NCBI GenBank assembly: GCA_951406725.2
Contig: OX597814.1
Location: 56,296,001-56,360,000 of the forward strand
Length of the DNA: 64,000 nucleotides
Direction of reading: 5' to 3'
Source of the DNA: Octopus vulgaris
Lineage: Eukaryota
Shown: one piece after another, positions 40,475-53,774 of the stretch
Numbering within the stretch: position 1 is the stretch's first letter
Layout of the letters: each line of letters begins with the position of its first letter
Notes under the pieces: generated by a model
Seen by the model: the letters and a program-made list of their open reading frames with translations, nothing else
Database searches by the model: none
Told to the model about the DNA's origin: nothing
Program-made: the position numbers and the translations under genes

Positions 40475-40582
40475 CTGACAGCTGTTTCGGCAGTGAGGAC
40501 AGTCATACCTCATTTAACCTATAAGCCATAAAGGCAGGTATAAATGAGGCATTAACAAGGATGCCCCACGGCCTCTTCAGAG
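40475..40582 (-). ncRNA. Mirror copy of the 41125-41232 hammerhead
   Basis: Reverse complement within the left arm of the 382-bp inverted repeat; no differences seen by eye. Confidence 0.75.
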
Positions 40583-40937
40583 AATTAAATTAAATTTGTT
40601 ATAATAGTGAAAAATATTATATAATCATATACATATAAATATAAAAATATAAAAATGTAAAATATAAAAACTTATACATCATAATGCTACACTTATATAA
40701 TATAATACACATTTGTACAAAAAGGAAGGTAAACAGAACAATATAAAACAAAATATATAACAGTGTATATATTAATATTAATAAGTACCGATATTATACA
40801 TATTTGGCTAATAGTTTTTTTTATAAAAAAAAAAAAAAAAAAAAAAAGGGCTAACACATATGGAGATGAAAAATAATAATTAAATCCGTGGTACAGTTCA
40901 TAAAATTCTAAAGCTATAAAAGTTAATAAAAATTACT

Positions 40938-40972
<35 letters not shown>

Positions 40973-41124
40973 TAATAATAATAAAAAAATACTAAAAATA
41001 GATACAGTTAAGTTAGCACAAAGTCCATCCTTTCAAGATCGAAATAACTTATCTTTATATTTTTATATTTATATGTATATGATTATATAATATTTTTCAC
41101 TATTATAACAAATTTAATTTAATT

Positions 41125-41232
41125 CTCTGAAGAGGCCGTGGGGCATCCTTGTTAATGCCTCATTTATACCTGCCTTTATGGCTTATAGGTTAAATGAGGT
41201 ATGACTGTCCTCACTGCCGAAACAGCTGTCAG
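41125..41232 (+). ncRNA. Type I hammerhead ribozyme with extended stem II (intact core)
   Basis: CT-CTGAAGA (41127-41133), long hairpin GGC.GTGGGGCA...GCCTCATTTA...TAAATGAGGT...TGTCCTCAC.GCC, then GAAAC (41219-41223), AGCT, GTC (41228-41230)^AG. Stem III is the palindrome ACAGCTGT. Stem I is weak. Confidence 0.75.
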
Positions 41233-42404
41233 TTTTGATTTATTTGCATATTATATTTGAAATTTTTTTACTTATATCTCTTTATCTTTTTACTTTTACT
41301 ATTACTGTATATCTCATTTCATTTTATATATTGCCTTTACTCATATGTAATGGTGTATTAAAGTATGGATTGAGTATCATCGGATAGTTGATGTTTTACT
41401 GATTTAAGTATGTTTCTCCATTCTCTAATTTTGTAGTATTAATTTACGGTAATATTATTACCTTTACCCATTTAATACAATAGATGAACTGATTGCTTGA
41501 CAATTTTTAACATCTATGTATTACTTTTGTTGGGTACCTATCTAGCAGTATATTGGATATATATTATCCCATGGTGGGTTGAATTTTCAACCCCTATCTC
41601 ATTTTATAATATATATATATATATATATATATAAAGTAACAAACTGAGGAAAAGAAATCCTTCAAAGGGGTGTGTTAAACATCCAATTCACTGGTACTTC
41701 AATTGGTTACCATATAAATATTGGTATAATTCTATTATAAAGATAAATTAAATATGGAGATATTCTATTGACAATCAAATAATTTATTTATATTACAATA
41801 TTACATTAAATACCATGAATATAATATATAGCATAACATAACAATATCATATATACAATCATAAAAACTATAAAAGCCAGCAAATTGTTTCGACATATAT
41901 AAATATTTTCTGATATACATAATCACAGTTCCATTATATATATAGACACTTCAGGGTATTTGGTTCAGAAAAGATGAAATTCCGTGTAATATTAAAATAA
42001 TTACAAAATTCTGATACAAGGGAAACAACTTTTATTGTATTTCATCATGAGCTTTAAGAGTTAATTCCCTTAATAATTTTTACTGTTAGGAAATTAACAG
42101 TAATTTTGTCTAAATTTCGTTTTGTGCGTGCGTGTGTTTTATTCTTTTACTTGTTCCAGTCATTTGACTGCAGGCATGCTGGAGCACTGCCTTAAAGGGT
42201 TATTTTAGATGAATAAGTCGACCCCAAGACTTATTCTTTGTAAGCCTATACTTAATTTATCGGTCTCCTTTGTCGAACCGCTATGTTACGGGGACGTAAA
42301 CACATCAACATCGGTTTCAAGCGATGGTGGAGGGGATAAACATACAATTGTCGTGATTAATAAAAATTCTCGTATCTTCCATCTTTCATTTACCATACTA
42401 TGTA

Positions 42405-42467
<63 letters not shown>

Positions 42468-42899
42468 AGCTTCTATCAGTTCCCGTTAACCAGATCCATT
42501 CTGGTTGGCTAGAGACACTATAGTAGAAGACACTTGCCCAAGGTCCGATGAAGTGAGACTGAACCCAGAACCGTGTAGTTGGGAAGCAAGCCTTTTACCA
42601 CACAGCCACACGTGTATGTGTATTTTTACTTTAGTTTCATTAGAATAAGTACAATTTTAAACTTTTGTTTTAAATATCAGAATGCGACCATGCTGGAGCC
42701 CCATTTTGAAGGGTTTAATTCAACAAATCGGTCCAGTACTTATTAAGTCCGGTATTTATTATCTCGAACCATTATACCCAACTGCTAAGTTACAGGGATG
42801 TAATCAAACCAATACTGGTTGTCAAACAGTGGTGGAGGAACAAATACAGATACATAGACACACACATGAACCCCCACGTACACATACATACATACATAC

Positions 42900-45012
42900 T
42901 GTTGTGGAAGGATTCCAACCAGGACACACACACACACACCCCTCATCTACCCAGTGACTAAAGGTGAACTGACTCATTATTATGAATTAAAGAACTGTAA
43001 GTGATTGGTAGTTCATATTGGTAAACAGTTCACTGTAAGCCTTTAATATAGAGTGGTGAGTCTCATGTAATAGTAATAGGAGTTCATTGTGTATATACTT
43101 TCTTCCCTCTGATTCGTTATATTATATATCCAATACAAGGATATAAAAGTGGTGATGAGTTATTCTAAGCTTGTGTTGGACATTAAAAGTATTTTTTTCG
43201 TTTGGTACGAAACCAAAGAAACATTGTTTAACATAGAAGACTTATTGGCCTCTGTGGTGAGTCGCAACAGTAACTAGCTACAACAACAAAACCAACAGTT
43301 GTGGAATTAATGTAGAGGAAGTGTGAAAATACTTCAGGTTCATACTCGCCAGACAATGTAGCAAACTCAATTGAAGAATTCAGCTATAAACCAGAAGAAG
43401 GTACTACTTTTTCTGCATATTTTTGTAGATGTGAAGAAATCTTTGAAGAAGAGTGTAAAAGTTGGTTCAACAAGAAAAATGCATGATTACTTTTAAGAAA
43501 GTTATTCCCTGCTGTACACGAAAAATATGGTAATTATATTTTGCTGAAGAAGCTTGGTGAGATTTGTTTAAATTTTTATCGAAAAAGATGATGAAGATTT
43601 TGTCACCTATTCTGGAGTGGTTAACAGAGTGTGAGAAACTCAAACTGAATAAGTTGACCCTGGACATGTTCAAGTGTTTAATTTTTGTTCAAGGGCTTAC
43701 TGCAAGCAAAGATGCGGATATACATTTCCAGGACCAAAATTTAACTCTACAGGTAGTAGCAGAAACATTTCAGAGGATCATTTATCTATAACATGATGCA
43801 AATAAAACTGAAGAGAAAGATTGTTCTCAGATGCAAGCATGTTGACCAGTAATGAATAAGAAAATTGACAAAAAATACGAAGACCAAATCCATGTTATGT
43901 GATATACATTTTAAAAATAATAGTCCATTTATAAAATATAAAATGTTTCAAGTGTGGTAAAATAGGCCATAAAAAGTCGCATTCTAGGACAGAACCTAAA
44001 AAATAGTTCAACAGATAAAATCACATAAACAGATTATTGGTGACAAAAAATATGAACAAGCCTCAAAGGAAATTTGTGTATGTAAAAATTAATAACAAAA
44101 ACGTAAAGTTACAAGTGGATGCAGGCAGCGACATCTCATGAATTAACAGAGATACATGGGAAAAAATCAGGTGACCTAAATTAAATGAAACTTCGAAAAT
44201 TGCCTGTGTTGTTTCAGGACAAAAAATTATATTTTAAGGGTGAATTGATAAATAACATTACATTTCGTGAAAAAACTTTAAAGGCTAAAGTTTTTGTGTT
44301 AAATAATACAACAAGCTTGTTTGGTACTGATTGGATGGGATTGTTTAATTTATGGGACTGCGTCATAAATCTTTTCTGTTAAAATGAAAATAGTTTTCCC
44401 TCCAGAACAAATAAGTCGTCAGACAAATTGAAAAGGATTTTTAAAATATTTTTGCTGAAGTTCTGTCTGATAAATTAGGTCTGTGTACCAAAACTAAGGC
44501 ATGGTTTCAAATAAAAGAAAACAGCATACCAGTATTTAAACAGAAACGAACTGTGCTGTTCACAGCATTTGAACAAGTGAACCTAGAGTAAGAGAGACTA
44601 GAAAAAGTTTGAGTTATCCAAAAAGTGGAATGCTCTGAATAGACTTCACCAACTATGTTCATTAAGAAAAAGAATTATAAAACCAGAGTGTGTGCTGATT
44701 TTTTTCCACATAAAAGTGAACTTGGAGTGGAGTTCACTTATCAAAAGGGGAGAAGATAGGGGAGACTGTTTCTAAAAAGAGGAGATGTTATGGAAGGATT
44801 CCGACCACCCCACCAGGTCACTAAAGTTGGACTGGCTCTTTGTTATAAATTAAAGAACTGTGATTGATTGGCAGTTCGTATTGGTAAGTAGTTCACTGTG
44901 ACCCTTTGATATAGAGCATTGAGTCTTATGTAATAGTAATAGCAGTGCATTGTGTATGTACTTTCTTCCTCCTTGCTTCGTTATATTGTATATTCAATAC
45001 AAGTATATAAAA
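42900..45012 (+). mobile_element. Internally deleted, decayed Ty3/Gypsy LTR retrotransposon
   Basis: Two diverged LTRs (42900-43148 and 44786-45012), both starting TGTT.TGGAAGGATTCC and ending ATATAAAA. CATAC TSD. PBS-like GTGGTGATGAG and PPT AAAAAGAGGAGA. Remnants of gag (EEFSYKPEEG; CFKCGKIGH), protease (LQVDAGSDIS) and the start of RT (GLCTKTKA...RVCADF). Most of RT, RNase H and integrase is missing. Confidence 0.88.
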
Positions 45013-45029
45013 CATACATACATACATGC

Positions 45030-47625
45030 ATGCATTCAAAAAAGTAAACAAAACCAAAACAACAAAGAAAGAACCACCATGGGTTTTGAAGACAGAGAAA
45101 AAGATAACTGGTTTACAAAAGACCATCAGTCACATAATGATGTTTATTGTGTGCAAACAAGCAAATCACTATACATCTCACCAACAGAAAGTAAAGAAGG
45201 AGATAGATATGATGTTTGGAGACAGCAAAAAGACGACACTCACTTGCAAACTGATTACCCTCAAGCAGGAGCTAAAAGCTGTCAGTGAAAAACTCCAACA
45301 TTAGAAGAGAATAACCGAGTGAAGAACAATAAACAAAAAATTTAACCAGAACCAGGCAGCAGTATACAGAGACATGAGAAGAGGAGTAGGGAACATCACA
45401 GAAGTTCCTTCACAAGAAGACATAGACTCCTTTGTGACAAAAATCTGGAGTGAAGGAAGGTGTTTAACCAAAAGGCTCTGTGGCTGGAAGAAATTCGAAG
45501 AAGTTATTGCTCCTGCATTACACCTAAGACATACAACATTGTTGGTGAAACTCCAGGATGGAAAAGCACCTAGAAGTGACTTGATTGTTAGCTATTGGTA
45601 CAGAAAGCTAACCTTCTATTGACTATGTCTTATCAATCTGTACCATCAAGCTCTCAATGGGAACAGTAGCATACCACATTGGTCAGCTCTGGCAGAGACA
45701 AAATTGATCCCCCAAATAGAGAACCACCTACATAACAAAAAGCTTCTGGCCAATTGCAGGCCAGAACTTGATGTGTAAGATTATACAACATGCTTAAACC
45801 TCTTCCTTCAGGACCATTGTGAAACCAATAACATCATCACAATAGAACAAACAACTGGGAAGAAGGGAGTCTGGCTATGTGCTGAGCAATTGTTAATCAA
45901 CAAAACAGATGTGGGAGGTGCAAGAGCATTGGAGGAACTTTATTTCAATGTGGCTAGACTACAAGAAAGCCTTTGACTCTGTTCTCCACTCATGGATGCT
46001 AGAAATCCTTCAAATTGCTAAAGTTCCAGTGAGCATAGTCAAAGCCATAGCTGACCTGACATCATCGTGGGTGACCATCTTGAAATTAAACACAAAGAGT
46101 AACTGTATTATCACTGACAGAATACAGTATTGCAAAGGCGTATTCCAAGGGGACAGTCTCTCTATGATGTTGTTTATACTTTCTGTAAACCCCTTGTCAT
46201 TCATGTTAAGGAAGTCTGAATGATATTTCATTGGTTCACAAGGAAACAGAAATACCAAAATTACACACTGTTTCTTTATAGATGACTTGAAACTTTATGC
46301 AAAGAATATGCATGAGATGAAAAAGAGCCTTGGCCTAGTTACAACATTCTCAAAGGATGTAGAGTTGGAGATTGGTCAGGATAAATATTGTTATATGGTT
46401 GAGAAAAGGGGGAAAACTATAAGCCAGACTAGTAACATATCCATCAATGGTTTGACTGTTTCTCCTATATTTGATGAAGAACGTTACAGGTGTCTAGGGG
46501 TGGATGAAAACATATCTTACAATGACACCTGTAACAAAACACATGTCACTAAAGAATATTACAGCCAAATAAAGAAAATTTGGACCTCAGAACTCTCTGC
46601 ATTCAATAAAACAGTGGCCCACAATATGTTTGCAGTGCCATTACTCATACCAACATTTGGACTACTTGATTGGACGCTTGATGAGATCTGAGCCATTGAT
46701 GTGAAAACCCGAAAAATACTAACAAGTATACATAATTTCCACATGTAGACCGCCTCTACCTAAAATGAAAACAAGGTGGCAGAGGCTTAACATCGATCCA
46801 AAATATCTTTGAATGTCATATCATATCCCTCCAGCAACATCCTTTAATCACTAAGTGTTGATATGTTAGTAGAAAGCTCTGATATGATGGTAACATTGAT
46901 CATGAAAGCAGTCTATCATGAACCGATTGCCAGATTACTACCTCCCATTTTGAAGGGTATGCGTTTTCAATCCAGGAACAGGAAATATCAACCAAGTTCC
47001 TGATACACAAAAGGAGATGCAGGAGAAGCAATAAAATGTGACAACCGATGCAGACTTTGTGGAGTTAACACCGAAGATATCACCCACATCATAATCAGTT
47101 GTCTGAAAATGTCATCACAGTATTATCTACCGATGAGATATGATGTTGTAGCTAGGACACTCTATAAGGAAATCCATTGGAAGGATAACCCCAAGGACAA
47201 AGAAATAAGTATGGTAGAAGCCACTCATAATAAAAAGAAGTACTGGTGGAATGTCCCAGTGAAGACCTCAATAAAATGTTAGCACAACAGACCTGATATA
47301 ATGATTTGGGACATAGAAGTGAGACTGTACAATTGTGGAAATTAGCTGCCCAGTGTATGTTATTATAAAGCTGAAGATCAGCGAGAAAAAGAATACCTAC
47401 GCTAAACTATTGAGAAATCTGCAGTTACTCAATCCAGATTACAAGTTCAAGTTTATACCTGTAATTATTGGGGCCCTGGGATATGTAACACACTACCTAA
47501 ATACCAATCTTGAGAAACTAGGCTTCTAAAAACTAGAAAGGAGAAAGCTAATTCGAGGACTACAGATCCAATCTGTCATTGGAACTGTAAAAATCTGTAA
47601 AAATTTCCAGAAGTTTAGCATTTAA
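45030..47625 (+). mobile_element. Decayed non-LTR retrotransposon with a restriction-like endonuclease (R4/Dong-like)
   Basis: RT motifs WLDYKKAFDSV, GVFQGDSLS and HCFFIDDLKLYA. C-terminal CRLC...HIIISC zinc knuckle and HNRPDIMIWD...VEISCP (PD-D/ExK type). Many stops and frameshifts. Confidence 0.85.
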
Positions 47626-50222
47626 ATATATATGAGCATGTCTAGATATACAACTATATGCATGAGAATACATGTATAAAGCAAAACATACAAATCTGCA
47701 CATATATGTATATACATACATACAAACAAAAATACCTTGTTATTGACATTGAAATTCCAATGAGGGAGCCTTGGATCTAGGTTAGAATCTGGCTCTATTG
47801 GCAAGAAATCTTGAAATAGAACTGAACAATCACACACTCACGTGTAAGTCTAAAACAATTAAATATAGATTCAACAAAAGGCATTTAAATCAAGAAAGAA
47901 TTTGAACAAATAGAGAAGTATGTTATATTCCATCAAGTTCATGATGGCAAAAACTGTAGATGTAAAGAATTTTCTCCTGATAATTTTTGTAACTGAAAGT
48001 TAAACGGACCAAAATCAGTGTATCTTCTGAAGGAAGGAGCAATTGCATACATAAATCAAAACATAATATCTGGATATGCAATATTCTTGAAGACTTTAGC
48101 AATAATGTCATCATCCTAACAAAGCCATTTTTCTTGATTTCACTCCTGCAAATGTTTCATAGCACTTTCTATATATGTCTGTTTTTAAAAAAAAGATAAT
48201 TTCTTATGGACAAAATTGCCAAAGGATTCAATCTGTCATTTGTCTAAATGACTATAAAAATGAGAAAGGCTGAGCGCCTTTATTTTTCCCTTTCATATCT
48301 GAATTGTTATCATATCACTGACCTCTGAAGTTATGTAAGTCTAGCTTTCTCTGTCTAGCATACCTTTTATATAATCTGTAGTTTCTATAACTGGTTTATT
48401 GCCAACAAAATGTTCTTGATTGAAATGCGTTATGTATCTAAAAATTGTATTGTAATTGAAAGCCACTTCACATGATTATACACTCTGAGCTGAAATATTT
48501 GGCATCTTTAGCTCATGTTAACATATTTTCCTAAACAGTATTTCCTAACAAATTGATAATCTTATTCTGAACATTTTCCCACAGTAGTGAATGTGACTTT
48601 CTTTAAGACAACCCACTGTGAATGTTCATTGACTGCCAGATCAAATTTTCCAAATAACTCAATAAGATTTTTAAACTTGTTTACAGCTAAATACTTGAAG
48701 TTCAAAGGGAAGCCAAAAACTAAAATGCTATAAATTACATCGATGTTCTCTGAACAAACAGGCCATTTTCTAAGAAAATTTTCACCAGTGTTAATTTTTT
48801 TATGCCTCATTGTCAAGAAGAAATAGTGTTTATTTGCATCTTTTTGAAAACTGCACTGTATTGATGCAATATGTTCAGTTCATAGTAATGTGAACACTTT
48901 CTATAACTAATAATTCATTTGGTCAATGTCCTGGATCATGGGGAAGATTACAAATTTTACTTTTAAAATTCTTCAACAAAATTGCATATTGAAGCAAAAT
49001 GTTTTGATTTATGTTTGCACTTGCTCTTTCCTTCAGAAAATGGCGTTTTTGGTTCGTTTAACATTACAAACTTTCGATTACAAAAGCATCAGATGACAAA
49101 TATGGAGAGATCAATGTAGCTGAATAACTTATGACTGAATTGCCTTTCACGACTGAAAGAATATGATAGTGTTGCACGTTTCTTTGTAACTTCTTGATAA
49201 ATCCCCATTTTCTGTGTTCATTGTCTAATAGCTTTTTTAGAAACGATCTAAGAAAAGAATAAAAACGTTTGAATTTTATCTATCTGTTTAACTGTCTACT
49301 TATTCGTCTGTTTCTCCAGACAGTCATCCGTTCGTATATCTATCCATTCAGCTTTCAATTCGTTCGTTCATGTATCTGTCCATCTGTACCATACATCTAT
49401 CCATTCGTCCGCCCGTCCATCCCTCCGTCTTTCCTTCCATCTTTCCATTCATTCATTCATCAAACCATTATGGTTCTGTAGTCGCCGGACAGCCCAAACT
49501 GAGTAGATTTATTGCATATAGGTAGTCCACAGAGTGAATAGTTGGAGTCCGTGGATTTATCCTCTGGATATATCATCCCTCCATTTAGTAGAGGACCATA
49601 CTGCACATTCTGACATGTTGTAGTTAATCGTATGTAAACCATTGTGATGTGGAAGGAAAGGTATTTTTGAAAAGCAAAGGGGCGTTATGGGGATAATGCT
49701 TCCAAGGTAAAACCATAAACTCTAAAACCTACCTGGATGTTTTAAAGAAGTTATCTACACTTATGATTGTCCTTATTTTCACTGTATTTTAGCAAGACGG
49801 TATCTCTTATGATAAAAGGCAGATTTTTCTGCCTGTTCCCATGTTTCTTTTTAATACAATTCTACAATACAGAATTTCTTCAATTGGAATTTACCTATGA
49901 TTTTTCCAAGTAGATTCGATTGGGTCATGGCATGTAAAGTTTTTTCAATTACCCCCAATTAAGCAAAAATTCGAGAAAACTCAATATTTTACGATTTGCC
50001 TCTCTCATTTCAAGTGGTTTACTCCTGCTATTACCACCACACTTTCTCCTACTTTCTCTTTGCAAGTGTGAAACTATTAAAGTGAAAGTATTATATAACA
50101 GGGATGAGCCATTAATACTGGTCATCCTTTTTGCTAGAGGAAGATCCGCTATGGTCTTATATGCTACACCACTGGTTTTCAATTCATATTAATCAAATTA
50201 ATATTCAATTTTTCACCCTTAT

Positions 50223-50259
<37 letters not shown>

Positions 50260-50569
50260 TAGCAATTCGTATAAAATTGCATCAATGACTTGAACTTGAA
50301 TAAGTGGTTTCACATAAATGGTGATAAATTAAAAAGGTTTGTTGTTATTATTACTGTTTGACGGATCTTTTCCTTTTGATGGGCGGAATTTTCTAGTATT
50401 CTATAATTCTGCAAAGATGCCTGTAAAGTCAGCCAAGGCTTTTTACTGACTTTACAGGTATATTTCCATATTGTAGAAATTTTGCTTTCTGATAATGTTG
50501 CCATAATGCAGTATTCTGTAATGTGACACCTCTTTCTGATTGATTTCTATATCATGAATTGAAATGTAT

Positions 50570-51240
50570 TCTTAAGGCTAACTTGTTAGATGTTTCCTTA
50601 GACCTCAGAACTAATCCTTACAAGCCCTTCCATAAGACTAACGAGAATCTTAAATATACTAATAAACAATTCGGTCACCCACCTATTGTTTTTAAAACCT
50701 TAATTCCAAACATTAATCATAGGATCACATACCTTTCTTCTTCTAAAGAAATATTCGAGGAGTCTGTCCCGTATTATGATACAGCTCCACAAGATAGCGG
50801 CTTTACTGGAAAATCTTTTACAACCTTAATCATCTAGTTGTAAGAATAGGTCTGGAAAAGTTTTATGGTTCGTCCCCATCTTTCTCCCTTGATGTTAGGA
50901 CAAATGTAGGAAAAAGATTCTTGCACTTAGATATTCATTTTCCTATAACCCAGAGATACAGTAGAAAATAGACACACGATTAAAATTACCCTATTTTGCC
51001 CCACCCCAAATGTTAAGATATATATCAATAATCAACTGACGACTCACGCCTGCCTTGGATACACATATAGAGATAAATCTAAATGACTCGAGCAGAAAAG
51101 TGATATATCCTCCGTTGTTTATGAAGGACATGTATCAGCGAACTATGGTAGCTATCGAGCAGAACTTAAACGTTATATCGGAGACATGGAAGGAAAATTT
51201 AAATCTAGATATAACAAACATCTGTAGCATTCTGTATTAG
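50570..51240 (+). mobile_element. Penelope-like element ORF remnant (RT thumb and linker)
   Basis: LLDVSLDL...YKPFHK.N..LKY.NK..GHPP...INHRI..LSSSKEIF...PYY, followed by KVLWFVP...RTNVGKRFL...HFP. This resembles the C-terminal RT region of Penelope-like elements. Frameshifted. Confidence 0.75.
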
Positions 51241-51397
51241 CTTTAGTTAAAACATGCATTTTGGGACTTCAAGGTAGGCTCAGGCGACACTGTCAGTTTA
51301 CAGCTTTACTGAGTCTATGATTTCACTTTAGTGATTTTATCACCAGTTTAGTGAAGGCGTCACTATTTTGGTGAGTTCACTATCTTCGTAGTTAATG

Positions 51398-51870
51398 TGT
51401 AGCTATAGCCCAATGGAGTGTTCACAGTCTGGTTAAAGTGACGACGTCGGCGGTAGCAGTTTGTTGATACTGTGTCTGTATGATCGATCAGTAGTAATTG
51501 GTATTCAAAGACAGATGGACAAAACTCAACCTTGTTCAATAGCAAAGTTTATTCACAGCAGGGGGTTACGTACAATGTTAATGTTTTGCATAAGATTTCC
51601 TGTAAAGAAGTTGTGTCCTTGTAGAGATGTGTAGTGCTTTATTCTCCAATCGAAAACCGGTGATTACCGTACGTTGACGAGAGGCAAAAACCTCGAAACT
51701 ATAGTCCGTGCGTATCACTTAGGTTTTCGAGAGGGGATGACTTCCCTTTGCGAATATCAGAAGGGCACAGAAAGTGTGTCTAAAGCCAGCTGGAGACGAT
51801 GATCTCCTAGGGCTAAAAGCTTCAGTAACACCCACCCCCAGTGGCTAGCCACATTGAGATGGCTAGTACA
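51398..51870 (-). mobile_element. Possible solo LTR
   Basis: TGTAGCTATAGCC...GGCTAGTACA termini, CpG-rich interior and a minus-strand AATAAA near 51548-51553. No convincing TSD. Confidence 0.35.
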
Positions 51871-52269
51871 CTTTACGTTGTCGAGCGGTTACTGTTTACA
51901 TCTCGTTCTGAGATTTATTATTGCTCTCTGTTGTGTTAACAGTAAATGAATGAATGCGTGAAGACATTAGTTGTACTTTGTATATGTAGAAGAGACTGGA
52001 TAGAAGTGTTTATAGATAGCATAAAGATAACGACATTGAGTTTGGTCTATTCTGCCAGTGTCTGTGGAAAAAAAATGTTCTTGTGTGAGAGAGGCCAGTG
52101 TAAATCGCGATAGAGCAAAACAGTATGCCGGGAGTCCTTTGGAAGTGAAACGAGGACGTCAAGGAACTCTCTTTCTTTATTATCCACACAGGCACTAACA
52201 CAATAGGGACAGCACATGGTGGGGACAGAAACAAAAAACGGATGGAAAGGATGGATTAGATAAAATAAT

Positions 52270-53210
52270 AAATGAAATAAAACCGTTCGGCCCCACCTCC
52301 GAGCGACTTTATTGAACCTGTTAATACAGCTTCTTTTTCAAACACTACTTGTAACAGTTTAAAACACTATCTGTAACAGCTAACTTTCATCTTTCCGAAG
52401 AATGTCTATGCTAAATTTCTCTAAAAGTTTAAGAGAGTTTATCCGTTCTGGTATTGTGCTGGTGTCTATTTTCTTGACCCACCACTCAAAAGCATCCTCA
52501 TAATCCTTTACTCTCGAAAGATACTCAAGGTCTGCCAGTGCACAATGTACTCGGCCAATCCCCTAACTTCTGTTATATTCACTTTTATCGCTCTGTCCCA
52601 TGAGTCTATCTCATTATAAAGTTTTTCATTTTGTCCGTTGTACAGTATAACATACTTTTTCTCACAGGGCTAGAGTAGGGAAGATTGGGGCTCCTGAGTG
52701 CTTGTGATTGTTTTTGTGTCAGGTGGGATATGGAAAGGGTTGGTGTCCGTAGGGAGATGTTGGGGTAGAGTGGGTGTGGGATGAGGGGATCATCATTTAC
52801 AAAGTGTGCTTTTTTCCTTCTCTTCTTTTTTAGTCAGCCGTTTTTCACCCGTTCTTTTCCTCGTTCACCTCCTCTTCCTCGGCGATGGTGAATTCGCAAT
52901 TTCTTTACTGCTCTCATGTTTCTCTAGTTATCACGGGTGGCGGAAGACAGTCAGCTCTAATGTGGCCTTTCAAGCCACATTTATAACATCGCAGGATCCT
53001 GCTTTCTACTCTGACCCTGAGTATTACCTCTTTGACCGTGATGGTCTTGACTATGTTTTGAAGGTCTTCCGGGGGCCCCTGGATTATTATATCTAGGCTC
53101 TGCCCTTGCCAGTTCTTGTTGGGTGTTCTGGTGGACGGGAGGACCACTACCTTCTCTTCTGTGCTCATCAGTATGACAGCTGCTTCGTATAGTCTCTTCA
53201 GATTTCAACC
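52270..53210 (-). mobile_element. Retroelement fragment with a gag-like CCHC knuckle (LINE ORF1-like)
   Basis: Minus-strand ORF contains ILRCYKCGLKGHIRADC. A minus-strand AATAAA near 52308-52313 and a TTTTA-rich tail suggest a 3' end. Clade uncertain. Confidence 0.5.
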
Positions 53211-53735
53211 ATGTTTCATATATTTATATATCGTTTTATACAATACTATTTTAGACATATATATCTTCGTGAGAAATCGTTTTGATATTGAATTTCATGC
53301 TATTATTTCAAAATACGGTATATATAATAGCTCGTATTAATGTCTAAATACTTTGTAGTATTAATATTTTTGGCATTTTATACAAAGAGCACTCATTATA
53401 AATTCAGTCTATAATATTCTAACAGAATATATTTAATTAATGATGTATGTATGTATGTATGTATGTATGTATGTATGTATGTATGTATGTATGTATGTAT
53501 GTATGGATGGATGGATGGATGGATGGATGGATGGATGGATGGATGTACTATACATATGTGTATATGTATATACATATATGTGTATGTGTATATATATATA
53601 TGTATGTATGTGTCATTGTATATACGTATGTATGTATATATATATATATGTATGTGTGTGTGTATATCTATACTTATTTATATGGTATACACACACTCAG
53701 ACACACACACACGCACACACACTCGCACACACACG

Positions 53736-53774
<39 letters not shown>

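Larger units (their letters stand above)
40272..41435. repeat. 382-bp inverted repeat with a 400-bp AT-rich spacer
   Basis: Arms 40272-40653 and 41054-41435 are reverse complements with no mismatch seen by eye. (TA)n tracts lie at about 40238-40270 and 41608-41633. Confidence 0.92.
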
